Part shown: in pieces, positions 28,688 through 36,219 of the stretch
How positions within the stretch are numbered: position 1 is the stretch's first letter
Layout of the letters: each line of letters opens with the position of its first letter
Program-made: the position numbers and the translations under genes
The notes under the pieces: generated by a model
Databases searched by the model: none
The model's input: the letters and a program-made list of their open reading frames with translations, nothing else
What the model was told of the DNA's origin: nothing
Virus genome (UHGV): UHGV-0267296
Length of the DNA: 37,199 nucleotides
Reading direction: 5' to 3' (one strand)
From: a virus

Positions 28688-28975
28688 TTGCTGGAAAAAG
28701 TCGGATTTGAACTCGGCGAGAAAAAATATGTTTGTATCAGTGTGCGGAGCACAAATGGAAAGCCGTTTGATGTGACATCAGCAAAGTATGTCTTACGGAA
28801 TGGGGAACAGGAAGAGAATCTAGGTACATGTGAAATCATGCAGAAAAGCGATACAGAAACCCTCTTATCTGCACTGATCCAACCGATGATCAAAGGTGGA
28901 TCATACACGCTGGAATTTACATATGAGATTCCGCCGGAGATTCTGAAGCATGAGGTGCGAATATATGTATCATAA
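28688..28975 (+). CDS. hypothetical protein (TTG start in track; start uncertain)
   Basis: 95-aa ORF, last + ORF before terminator at 29003. Confidence 0.35.
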   Translation: MLEKVGFELGEKKYVCISVRSTNGKPFDVTSAKYVLRNGEQEENLGTCEIMQKSDTETLLSALIQPMIKGGSYTLEFTYEIPPEILKHEVRIYVS

Positions 28976-29002
28976 GAGATATGACCACATAGAAATCAGA
29001 GC

Positions 29003-29026
29003 AAGACCGTAACAGGTCTTATTTTT
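29003..29026 (+). terminator. rho-independent terminator ending the structural operon
   Basis: aagacc-gtaaca-ggtctt followed by attttt. Confidence 0.7.
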
Positions 29027-29055
29027 ATGTATAAATTAAAAGAAGGGAGACTTAT

Positions 29056-29268
29056 ATGCCAGACACAGTTGTAGTCGCTGTTTTGTCCTTGCTCGGTACA
29101 CTGATCGGAAGCTTCGGGGGTACACAACTTATCAAATATAGGATTGAGCAGCTTGAAAAGAAAGTAGAAAAACATAACTCTGTTGTAGAGCGGACGTATT
29201 TGTTGGAAGAAAAAATAAAAGTAGCGAATCATCGCATTGATGATTTAGAAAGGGAGGCGAAAGAATGA
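29056..29268 (+). CDS. XhlA-like lysis-associated membrane protein
   Basis: 70 aa: N-terminal TM (VVVAVLSLLGTLIGSFGG) then coiled coil, immediately upstream of holin; RBS aagaagggagac. Confidence 0.55.
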   Translation: MPDTVVVAVLSLLGTLIGSFGGTQLIKYRIEQLEKKVEKHNSVVERTYLLEEKIKVANHRIDDLEREAKE

Positions 29269-29591
29269 ACATGGAACTTTTGATGCAGTATGTAACTTAT
29301 TTACTTATGGCGATTGGAGTATTGGCGTTTTTGACCAGTGTTATCACACAGGTAATAAAAGAGATGCCGGGGTTGAAAAAAATCCAGACAAATGCAGTGG
29401 CACTTGTGGTGGCCTTGATCTTGTGCCCGTTGGCGGTTGTGATTCTATGTATATACTTTAGCATTCAGATAATTTGGTATTATATTGTTGGGGCCATGAT
29501 AGCAGCATTTATAGTATATTTAGTGGCAACCGGTGGCTGGGAAAAAGTCGCAGAGATGTGGCAGCGGACGAAATTTAATAAACACAAATAA
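29265..29591 (+). CDS. holin
   Basis: 108 aa with 2-3 predicted TM helices (LLMAIGVLAFLTSVITQVI; VALVVALILCPLAVVILCIYF; IVGAMIAAFIVYLVA) and basic C-terminus. Confidence 0.7.
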   Translation: MNMELLMQYVTYLLMAIGVLAFLTSVITQVIKEMPGLKKIQTNAVALVVALILCPLAVVILCIYFSIQIIWYYIVGAMIAAFIVYLVATGGWEKVAEMWQRTKFNKHK

Positions 29592-29644
29592 TACGTAAAG
29601 ATACGTGGAAAAAGATTGACATACGTAATGATACGTGATATAAT
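29591..29644 (+). promoter_or_regulatory. consensus sigma70 promoter (TTGACA-17-TATAAT) embedded in two 18-bp direct repeats atacgtaa[a/t]gatacgtg; likely HicB-autoregulated operator
   Basis: -35 at 29616-29621, -10 at 29639-29644; repeats at 29591-29608 and 29621-29638 (ATACGT x4). Confidence 0.6.
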
Positions 29645-29675
29645 ACAATCATGATAAGGAAAGGAGATACAAAAG

Positions 29676-29864
29676 ATGCCAATGACACCGAGAGAGATGA
29701 TAAAACATCTCAAGAAAAACGGGTTTGAGGAAATCAGTCAAAATGGTTCTCATGTAAAACTCAAGAATCAGACGACAGGGATAACAGTTATTGTTCCTTA
29801 TCACTCCAAAGCCATGAAAAAGGGGTTGGAGCAGGCAATATTAAAACAAGCGGGGCTTAAATAG
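29676..29864 (+). CDS. hicA: HicA-family toxin (mRNA interferase)
   Basis: 62 aa; REMIKHLKKNGFEEISQNGSHVKLKN..TVIVPYHSK matches the HicA/YcfA fold signature (catalytic His in GSHVK). Confidence 0.8.
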   Translation: MPMTPREMIKHLKKNGFEEISQNGSHVKLKNQTTGITVIVPYHSKAMKKGLEQAILKQAGLK

Positions 29865-29899
29865 CCCTGCGCCTGAAAAAGAAAGCGGAGGTATTACGT

Positions 29900-30298
29900 A
29901 TGGAAAAATTATTTTATCCTGCAATTTTTCACGAGGCGGAAGAAGGCGGTTTTTGGGTATCCTTTCCGGATTTACCGGAATGCTTAACAGAGGGAGATGA
30001 TATGCAGCAGGCTTATGAGATGGCAGTAGATGCGCTGGGAATCTCTCTTACAAGCAGGAAAGCAGAAGGCGAACTGATTCCAAAACCGACAGAAATAAAT
30101 AAAGTAGATGCGGAAGACGGAATTTTAGCGGTCGTAGAGTTTGATATGATGGAATATCAGAAGAAACACAATTCACGTGCAATCAAGAAGACGCTTAGTA
30201 TTCCGGAATGGCTGAACGAAGAAGCGGTTGCCAGAGGAGTTAATTTCTCACAGGTATTGCAGGAAGCACTGATGCTGAAACTAAATATAGGAAGATAG
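29900..30298 (+). CDS. hicB: HicB-family antitoxin with C-terminal ribbon-helix-helix
   Basis: N-terminus MEKLFYPAIFHEAEEGGFWVSFPDLPECLTEGDDMQQAYEMAVDAL is the HicB/UPF0150 signature; C-terminus LSIPEWLNEEAVARGVNFSQVLQEAL is an RHH DNA-binding domain. Confidence 0.8.
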   Translation: MEKLFYPAIFHEAEEGGFWVSFPDLPECLTEGDDMQQAYEMAVDALGISLTSRKAEGELIPKPTEINKVDAEDGILAVVEFDMMEYQKKHNSRAIKKTLSIPEWLNEEAVARGVNFSQVLQEALMLKLNIGR

Positions 30299-30306
30299 AA
30301 TAATTT

Positions 30307-30337
30307 AGAGAGCTTGGAGGCAGGCTCTCTTTTTTTG
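30307..30337 (+). terminator. rho-independent terminator after hicB
   Basis: agagagc-ttggaggcag-gctctct followed by ttttttt. Confidence 0.75.
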
Positions 30338-30371
30338 CGCCGGTGCAAATGCCGGAAGAAAGGAGAAGAAC

Positions 30372-31346
30372 ATGAGTATTTGTAGAGGAGTAGCAGGACT
30401 TAGAGGTGGAAATCCGAGAGGAATTTTTATTCACAACGATGCAGGATCACAAAATGCAAATGCGGCGTTTTACAGAAAATGGCTGCAAACACATCCGTTA
30501 GAAAACGGATTTGCTCACGCTTATGTAGCTAGTGACGGGATCTTGTATGCGGAAGATGATGCCTACGCAGCATGGCACTGCGGGCAGACAGACGGAAACC
30601 GGAACTATTATTCGATTGAGGTCTGTCAGAGTACGGGGGATTTGGAAATCTTTAAGAAAAATGAAGAGAATGCGTTGAAGTTGGCGGCGCAGAAGTGTAA
30701 GCAGTACGGTATCGTTCCAAGCTCGAATACAATCCGGCTGCACAAGGAGGTATTCGCGACAGCGTGCCCGCACAGATCCGTAGAGATTCACGGAGGGGAT
30801 TCCGGATGTAAGACATACTTTATTAATAAAATCCGTGAGTATATGGGAATGGACAAGCTGCCGGATGCTCCGGTTGTCAGTGGAGGCGGAAGCAGTGCAG
30901 CATCCGGTGATCCTGGCATTGTGTTTACTTATGGTGTTATGCTGACAGATGGAACAATCCTGCCCTTTGTGAATAACCTGTCTGATTTTGCAGGACTTCC
31001 GGGTCGTACAATCGCCGGTATCGCGATAAAGGTTAATAAAGGTACTGTAAAATACCGCGTGCATGTAAAGGGCAAAGGATGGTTACCTTATGTAACCGGA
31101 TGTAACTGGTCTGACGCAAACAACGGCTATGCTGGATATCCGGGAGCTGTGATCGATGCCGTAGAGGTATATTATGATACTCCGGCGGACATTGTTGCAA
31201 AATACGGTTATCAGAAAGCGCAGTATAGAGTTGCTCCGATCGGCGGTGGCTACTATCCTTGGCAGTTCGATAATGAAGTAGGAAATGGACAGGATGGATA
31301 TGCCGGATGTTTCGGCATTGCGTTTGATAAATTTCAGCTGTACTAA
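30372..31346 (+). CDS. endolysin, N-acetylmuramoyl-L-alanine amidase (Amidase_2/PGRP) with C-terminal cell-wall-binding region
   Basis: Amidase_2 motifs: IFIHNDAG, AHAYVASDGILYAEDDAYAAWHCG, SIEVCQS, TACPHRS; ~150-aa C-terminal domain; follows holin cassette. Confidence 0.85.
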   Translation: MSICRGVAGLRGGNPRGIFIHNDAGSQNANAAFYRKWLQTHPLENGFAHAYVASDGILYAEDDAYAAWHCGQTDGNRNYYSIEVCQSTGDLEIFKKNEENALKLAAQKCKQYGIVPSSNTIRLHKEVFATACPHRSVEIHGGDSGCKTYFINKIREYMGMDKLPDAPVVSGGGSSAASGDPGIVFTYGVMLTDGTILPFVNNLSDFAGLPGRTIAGIAIKVNKGTVKYRVHVKGKGWLPYVTGCNWSDANNGYAGYPGAVIDAVEVYYDTPADIVAKYGYQKAQYRVAPIGGGYYPWQFDNEVGNGQDGYAGCFGIAFDKFQLY

Positions 31347-31352
31347 AAACAT

Positions 31353-31376
31353 TCCCCGGAGTATCTGCTCCGGGGA
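31353..31376. terminator. 9-bp-stem hairpin between convergent endolysin and integrase genes (bidirectional terminator candidate)
   Basis: tccccggag-tatctg-ctccgggga; T-run on the minus-strand side (aatgttttta). Confidence 0.6.
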
Positions 31377-31531
31377 GAAATATTGTATCATCTTCATACA
31401 TTATATAAAGAAGTAACAGTTGTAGGTTTTTACGTTAAGGATACCTTATAGAGATATAAAATGATTTGTATGTTGTTACGAAAAGGTTGACCCTTTTGTT
31501 ATAACCTACAAAACTGCGAAAACCCTTGATT

Positions 31532-33013
31532 TTACTGGGATTCCGGCGCATAGTAGTAATAAACTTTCAGCTCATCTTTTGAGCGATCATATATAATCTT
31601 TTCTATCACGCTCTTTAGGATTTCATTTTTGGTTACGGGGTCCACAGAGTCAGATTCTATGATTTCATATACATTTCTTACTTTTTCCAACATAGCGATT
31701 TTAGAAGTATCAATAGTAGGTTCTGCTGGTTTTATGTCTGCAAGCTGCTTTTCCAGCATCTCTTTTTCTTCCTGAACCATGCGCTTATTTTCTTTATATT
31801 CGTCAAGTGTATCTACTCCATTACGGTACGCTTCTCTGATGCGGTCAAATTTTTCCGCATTCTTTCTTAACTGCTCCGTAATAATGACGTTTAGATCCAC
31901 AGAAGTTTCCGGCACCGGTTCAACGTGCCTGTAGATGATGTTGCCACTGTCCAGAACTTCTTTTATGGATGCAAGTACCGCCGGTTCTAACCTTAACGAG
32001 CTTACAGATGTTTTTGCAAGGCATTTTCCTTTTGAGTACCCATAGCATGTAAAATAGCAGTATGATTTTTGGTTACTTACTGTTTTGGCAATCATGGTTC
32101 TTCCGCATACAGGGCACTTCATAAGACCTGATAGCCAATGTTTGTATGTAGAGGAAGGTCTGGCGCCGGAAGGTTTGTATTCGCTTTTGTAACGGATCTG
32201 CGCTTTGTCAAATAATTCTTTAGATATAATAGCAGGTTGCTGACCATCAGAGACAATCCATTCTGATTCCGGTCGGATTTCATTTGTTTCGCTTACGGTA
32301 CGGTTCCATCGGATCATACCGCAGTAAGTTGGGTTCTGTAAGATGTATTCAATAGATCTGCGTTCAAATGGTTTATTGTGAGATGTTTTGAACCCACATG
32401 AATTTAGATAGCGTGCTATGTCGAATATTCCGGTATGTTCATTTACATATTTATCAAATATGATTTTAATTATTTCAGCTTCTTCCGGTACAATAACGGG
32501 AGGCTTTCCACGTTCTTGGATTTTATATCCAAGCGGAGGACGCGCCTGATAGCCGCCGCGTTTTGCCTTTTCTGTCATACCTCGTGTCACTTCGCCGGAA
32601 AGACGGACGGAATAGTACTCGTCCATCCATTCAATGATGCGCTCGATCAAAGAGCCGAACGGACCGTCTACAAGCGGCTCGGAAACGCTTAAAACGTCCA
32701 CATTATGCTTTTTTTTAAGAAGGGACTTATAAACGATAGATTCTTCCTGGTTTCTGGCAAAACGGCTGAATTTCCATACGATGATACAATCGACAGGATG
32801 TTTGTCTGATTTGGCAAGAGCAATCATTTTTTGAAATTCCGGACGTTTATCAGCTTTCCGACCGGAAATACCGAGCTCATAAAAGATTTGCAGGACAATC
32901 ATATCGTTCTTTTTAGCAAAGTCTTTCAACAGTTTTGCCTGCGAATCAGGAGAGAGCTCTTCTTGGCCGGATGTGGATACCCTAACATAACCATAACAAT
33001 ATTTAGTTTTCAT
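31532..33013 (-). CDS. int: large serine recombinase (phage integrase)
   Basis: N-terminal resolvase catalytic domain YGYVRVSTSGQEELSPDSQ (nucleophile Ser), recombinase domain, Cys-rich zinc-ribbon segment (CPVCGRTM..CYFTCYGYSKGKC), coiled-coil C-terminus; 493 aa. Confidence 0.9.
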   Translation of the reverse strand: MKTKYCYGYVRVSTSGQEELSPDSQAKLLKDFAKKNDMIVLQIFYELGISGRKADKRPEFQKMIALAKSDKHPVDCIIVWKFSRFARNQEESIVYKSLLKKKHNVDVLSVSEPLVDGPFGSLIERIIEWMDEYYSVRLSGEVTRGMTEKAKRGGYQARPPLGYKIQERGKPPVIVPEEAEIIKIIFDKYVNEHTGIFDIARYLNSCGFKTSHNKPFERRSIEYILQNPTYCGMIRWNRTVSETNEIRPESEWIVSDGQQPAIISKELFDKAQIRYKSEYKPSGARPSSTYKHWLSGLMKCPVCGRTMIAKTVSNQKSYCYFTCYGYSKGKCLAKTSVSSLRLEPAVLASIKEVLDSGNIIYRHVEPVPETSVDLNVIITEQLRKNAEKFDRIREAYRNGVDTLDEYKENKRMVQEEKEMLEKQLADIKPAEPTIDTSKIAMLEKVRNVYEIIESDSVDPVTKNEILKSVIEKIIYDRSKDELKVYYYYAPESQ

Positions 33014-33198
33014 GACATCACCTCGGTTGATTCATTCTATTCCTGACAGAGCAGAAAAATGAGTATAAAAATAACAGCTATCAAGAAACAAATGTTCTGA
33101 TTGCGATAGCTGACCGAAGATGATACAATATTTTCGTTGATTAGGTGTATATCTTCGGATATATTCCAGAGCCGTTCCTGTTGGCGCAGGGGCGGTTC

Positions 33199-33226
33199 TT
33201 GACATTTATGGTACATTTGCTATAAT
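33199..33226 (+). promoter_or_regulatory. near-consensus sigma70 promoter (TTGACA-16-TATAAT) driving a short + strand transcript with no ORF
   Basis: cttgacatttatggtacatttgctataatg; no + strand coding sequence until 35282. Confidence 0.5.
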
Positions 33227-33233
33227 GTACTTA

Positions 33234-33336
33234 ACAGGATAGCCGGAAGGTGACTGCACCTCACCCGCTCCGGTGCAACTTAAAAAACTATAAGAAATAG
33301 TCGTCAGCTTTGTCAGGGCAGGACGGCTATTTTTTA
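33234..33336 (+). ncRNA. candidate antisense sRNA (type I antitoxin-like) ending in T-run overlapping the 3' end of minus-strand peptide gene
   Basis: ~100 nt from predicted TSS to ctatttttt at 33327-33336; internal stems ggtgactgcacc and ccgg..ccgg; 3' end overlaps stop codon region of the 33327..33410 peptide ORF. Confidence 0.3.
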
Positions 33337-33410
33337 TGCGTATAATTCAGAATGGCTACAACCAAAAGCGCAATGCTTATGATCAAACTGAGTTCTTCAT
33401 ATGTACTCAT
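33327..33410 (-). CDS. 27-aa hydrophobic peptide, type I toxin-like (MSTYEELSLIISIALLVVAILNYTHKK)
   Basis: ATG preceded by strong SD ggagggggggtgg; single TM helix plus basic C-terminus; convergent with and overlapping the promoter-driven + strand RNA. Confidence 0.4.
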   Translation of the reverse strand: MSTYEELSLIISIALLVVAILNYTHKK

Positions 33411-33543
33411 AATTACCACCCCCCCTCCACAGGATTCTCGGAATGGGTGGAAGCTCGTCCTCCGGCTACCCTGGTAAATACATTTTCCTTCGTATATGCT
33501 CCGGCGACTTTGGGAGTGTCGGGTATATTTCGTATAACGTAAA

Positions 33544-33567
33544 AGACCCCGTATTACTACGGGGTCT
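33544..33567 (-). terminator. terminator of the minus-strand PemK/MazF-like operon
   Basis: agaccccgta-ttac-tacggggtct; on the minus strand followed by ttttac. Confidence 0.65.
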
Positions 33568-33674
33568 AAGTTGTGCAGGTAAACTGCATTGTCCTAATGT
33601 TATACACGCTAAGGTGTTTTGTTCTATAACATTATATGTTGGTATGCCCCAAAAGTCAATACTTTATACTATAA

Positions 33675-34421
33675 TTATTTACCAATATATAATTCGCAGA
33701 TTTTTTTATCTATTATATTTAAACTTTCATCGCTTAATTTTATACCTGCAAAAGCATCGGAATAATGCAAAGGTTTTGTTATTCGTATTTTGCTAATTGT
33801 TGTGATTTGAGAAACTAAGCCAATGCTTCCAGTTTTCATTAAATCAATTTCTTTTTGCACCTTATCGGCTTCCGTTGTATCTACTGTAAAAGCTATCGTT
33901 ATTTTCTCTCCGGCATACACCGGATTTGGCGATACTTTCACATCTTGAATTGAATTATTGAATTTTTGCATATACTTTTGATGGAGCTTATCATATATTT
34001 CGTTTCCCAAATCAATAGTGAATTTATTAGGTGTGGTATATTCTTTTTTAGATGAAAGAGGAAGTACGGTTAATATATCGGAATAAGGGGAGTCTTTTTT
34101 ATTTAAAACAACCGCATAATGCAATCCGCCTTCTTCATGACCAATACGAAAGCCTAGGTCAACTTGAATAATTTCACCTCTTTTGTATACTTTATTTTTT
34201 GAAGCATCAAATGTTTTTTCTTTTTTAATAAATCTACAATATGTATTGATCCAATACGAAAGCAGATTTACTTTTTTGAGATGGGAATCGTTTTCTGTTG
34301 TGCTGTCTTCAGGTGCTTTTTTAATGTGTGCTTCAAGCAGCTCATTAAGGGTTTTTATAGCTCTTTTTTTATTTCCGATGACCTCATTTTTATCGAAAAA
34401 ATATTTTTCTTTTTGTTTCAT
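33675..34421 (-). CDS. atypically long PemK/MazF-fold protein (249 aa) - toxin/abortive-infection candidate
   Basis: KRGEIIQVDLGFRIGHEEGGLHYAVVLNKKDSPYSDILTVLPLSS matches the MazF/PemK core (RGdIv.vdf..g.E..g.RPalVls). Second conserved block LVSQITTISKIRI ~70 aa later implies an insertion. ATG at 34421 with RBS gagggaag; N-terminal 90-aa extension. Confidence 0.55.
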   Translation of the reverse strand: MKQKEKYFFDKNEVIGNKKRAIKTLNELLEAHIKKAPEDSTTENDSHLKKVNLLSYWINTYCRFIKKEKTFDASKNKVYKRGEIIQVDLGFRIGHEEGGLHYAVVLNKKDSPYSDILTVLPLSSKKEYTTPNKFTIDLGNEIYDKLHQKYMQKFNNSIQDVKVSPNPVYAGEKITIAFTVDTTEADKVQKEIDLMKTGSIGLVSQITTISKIRITKPLHYSDAFAGIKLSDESLNIIDKKICELYIGK

Positions 34422-34500
34422 AGCGTTTTTACTTCCCTCTCTTTCTTTTGTCCCCTGTTCCTTTAACACCACTTTATATAATCGCCGTAGCGGTTATACC

Positions 34501-34713
34501 TTATTTATGCGCAGACATTTCGATTTTCTGTACATCTATTTTCTCAAAATCACGCTCCTTTATATGCCTAATCGCATGGTTAATTGCCTTTAACCGTTTG
34601 CTTTCACATAAATTTGCGTTTATAAAAATAGTGAATGAATTATCTTCATTCTCGGTTATTACTTCATTAACGGTCATTCCGTCCATGAAAAAAATTTGAT
34701 AATCAAAACTCAT
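34501..34713 (-). CDS. small protein upstream of MazF-like gene (candidate antitoxin), 70 aa
   Basis: Co-directional, immediately 5' of the MazF-like gene, overlaps repressor stop; acidic N-half, basic C-half (KRLKAINHAIRHIKERDFEK). Confidence 0.35.
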   Translation of the reverse strand: MSFDYQIFFMDGMTVNEVITENEDNSFTIFINANLCESKRLKAINHAIRHIKERDFEKIDVQKIEMSAHK

Positions 34714-35080
34714 TATTATCACGTTCCTTTTTCTTTAATGCCATAAGCATGTCATATGTTGTTTTCAAATCTTCCGGAGTAGCATCTTTTGCAGCATCGA
34801 ATAAGACACGCAAATCTTTGTTTTCAAATAGTTTTTGTGCCATCTCAGCGGTTTCTTCGTTTAAATAGTACTTCTCACCGCCTTCCTTTTCTTCGCCAGT
34901 ACGAATATACTCTACTGATACTCCAAACAAGTCAGCAATTTTTTGTAGTTTTGCATCTTTGGGGTTGCTTCTTCCATTCTTCCAGTCGGAGAAAGTTGAC
35001 TTGGTAATCCCAGTTTCCCTTGCAACGTCAGCGTCTTTCATGCCTTTGGCATCTCTTAACTTGCAATAAATTTCATACAT
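34703..35080 (-). CDS. CI-like repressor (XRE-family HTH plus C-terminal domain)
   Basis: ATG 35080 with SD gaggtg; HTH DADVARETGITKSTFSDWKNGRSNPKDAKLQKIADLFGVSVEYI; divergent from cro-like gene. The ORF track extends further 5' to 35176 through the operator region. Confidence 0.8.
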   Translation of the reverse strand: MYEIYCKLRDAKGMKDADVARETGITKSTFSDWKNGRSNPKDAKLQKIADLFGVSVEYIRTGEEKEGGEKYYLNEETAEMAQKLFENKDLRVLFDAAKDATPEDLKTTYDMLMALKKKERDNNEF

Positions 35081-35281
35081 AATACACCTCACAAAAAAAA
35101 TTCTGAAATCAGTACAAAAGCTATTGACAAGTTCTGATATCCGCACTATAATAAAGCTACAAAGTTCGGAAATCAAAACAGAATTGTAACTTAATTCTTT
35201 GTCAATGTATCTGGTAAATATATTGTATCTGATTTCCGAACTAAAATCAATAGGAAAGTTCGGAAATGAGGTGATTATTTA
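35081..35281. promoter_or_regulatory. divergent CI/Cro control region: consensus PR (TTGACA-17-TATAAT at 35124-35152) and repeated operator half-sites AGTTCGGAAAT
   Basis: agttcggaaatc at 35163-35174, gatttccgaact (inverted) at 35231-35242, agttcggaaatg at 35258-35269, related ttctgaaatc at 35101-35110. Confidence 0.6.
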
Positions 35282-35491
35282 ATGTATGAAAAATATGTAG
35301 AAATCAGGGATTCAAGAAAACTGACAGATTATCGTGTGTCAGAAGATACTGGAATAACTAAATCTACATTTTCTGATTGGAAGTCAGGAAGAAGTAAGCC
35401 AAAGATGGAAAAGCTCAAAATCCTCGCCGACTACTTCGGAGTATCTATTGAGTACTTCCTAGAGGAGTGTAACAGGAAAGGTGTTCGATAA
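35282..35491 (+). CDS. Cro-like XRE-family HTH regulator
   Basis: 69 aa; HTH TDYRVSEDTGITKSTFSDWKSGRSKPKMEKLKILADYFGVSIEYF, nearly the same recognition helix region as the CI-like protein. Confidence 0.75.
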   Translation: MYEKYVEIRDSRKLTDYRVSEDTGITKSTFSDWKSGRSKPKMEKLKILADYFGVSIEYFLEECNRKGVR

Positions 35492-35620
35492 ACATGACTT
35501 TGAACCAGAGGAGGAAGTGTGAAAACAAAAGAACTGCAAGGAGGGCCATTCCCTACAGTTTTTCGCCAAATTTGTTTACCCTATGTACTTTGCAGATGAT
35601 TCAGAGAAAGGAGGAAACCG

Positions 35621-35755
35621 ATGGAGATCGCTATTACGCTAGCGTGCTTTTCTACTCTTATGAATAGCGTCTCGCTAATTTGTATTTGTGTGTCGCTGTT
35701 ATTAAAAAAGAGGAATGACAATTCCGATGATAGTTCCAATAGCGGCAATTACTGA
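35621..35755 (+). CDS. 44-aa hydrophobic peptide (MEIAITLACFSTLMNSVSLICICVSLLLKKRNDNSDDSSNSGNY)
   Basis: Strong RBS agaaaggaggaaaccg before ATG; one TM helix; 3' end overlaps convergent minus-strand gene 35702..35938 by 54 bp. Confidence 0.35.
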   Translation: MEIAITLACFSTLMNSVSLICICVSLLLKKRNDNSDDSSNSGNY

Positions 35756-35938
35756 TGAAATTGTACCGATGACTAGCCACTTTTTATCTTTTGATGAAGC
35801 TTTTTCCATTTGATTTAGAAGTTTTGCTTGATCTTGTTGAACTATTTTAATCTCATTTAACAGATCAATCTGCTTTTGTGAATAGTCATTTTGCACACGT
35901 TCAAATGAAGGTGGCTCGGGAATGTTGAAAAAATCCAT
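35702..35938 (-). CDS. 78-aa coiled-coil protein with C-terminal TM anchor
   Basis: RBS aaaggagaag before ATG 35938; C-terminus WLVIGTISSVIAAIGTIIGIVIPLF. Confidence 0.45.
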   Translation of the reverse strand: MDFFNIPEPPSFERVQNDYSQKQIDLLNEIKIVQQDQAKLLNQMEKASSKDKKWLVIGTISSVIAAIGTIIGIVIPLF

Positions 35939-36059
35939 AAATAATCTTCTCCTTTCATAATTATTCCGACTGGTACTCGGTAATTAAAGTATAGGAGATT
36001 TTAAAGGACAACGCAACAAGTACAAACAGTGATTCATAAGCTTTAGAGAGGTGGTGTAA

Positions 36060-36197
36060 ATGATCATAAAAAACATTGTAGTAATTGACGGAAAAGAAGT
36101 AGAGGTTAAGGAACTGGAAGATAAAGAGGCATTTGCAGAAAGTGTTAACCAAAGGGTTCTTTTTGACAGAAACTACATAATAGAGAAAACCGCGTAA
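36060..36197 (+). CDS. small hypothetical protein (45 aa)
   Basis: RBS agagaggtggtgtaa before ATG; MIIKNIVVIDGKEVEVKELEDKEAFAESVNQRVLFDRNYIIEKTA. Confidence 0.3.
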   Translation: MIIKNIVVIDGKEVEVKELEDKEAFAESVNQRVLFDRNYIIEKTA

Positions 36198-36219
36198 GCG
36201 GTAGAAAGGAAGGACAAGC

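Noticed and set aside
33336-33796. + strand ORFs 33336..33542 and 33443..33796 from the ORF track
   Set aside because: No RBS and odd composition. They overlap a strong minus-strand peptide gene and terminator and run through an AT-rich intergenic region; likely non-coding.
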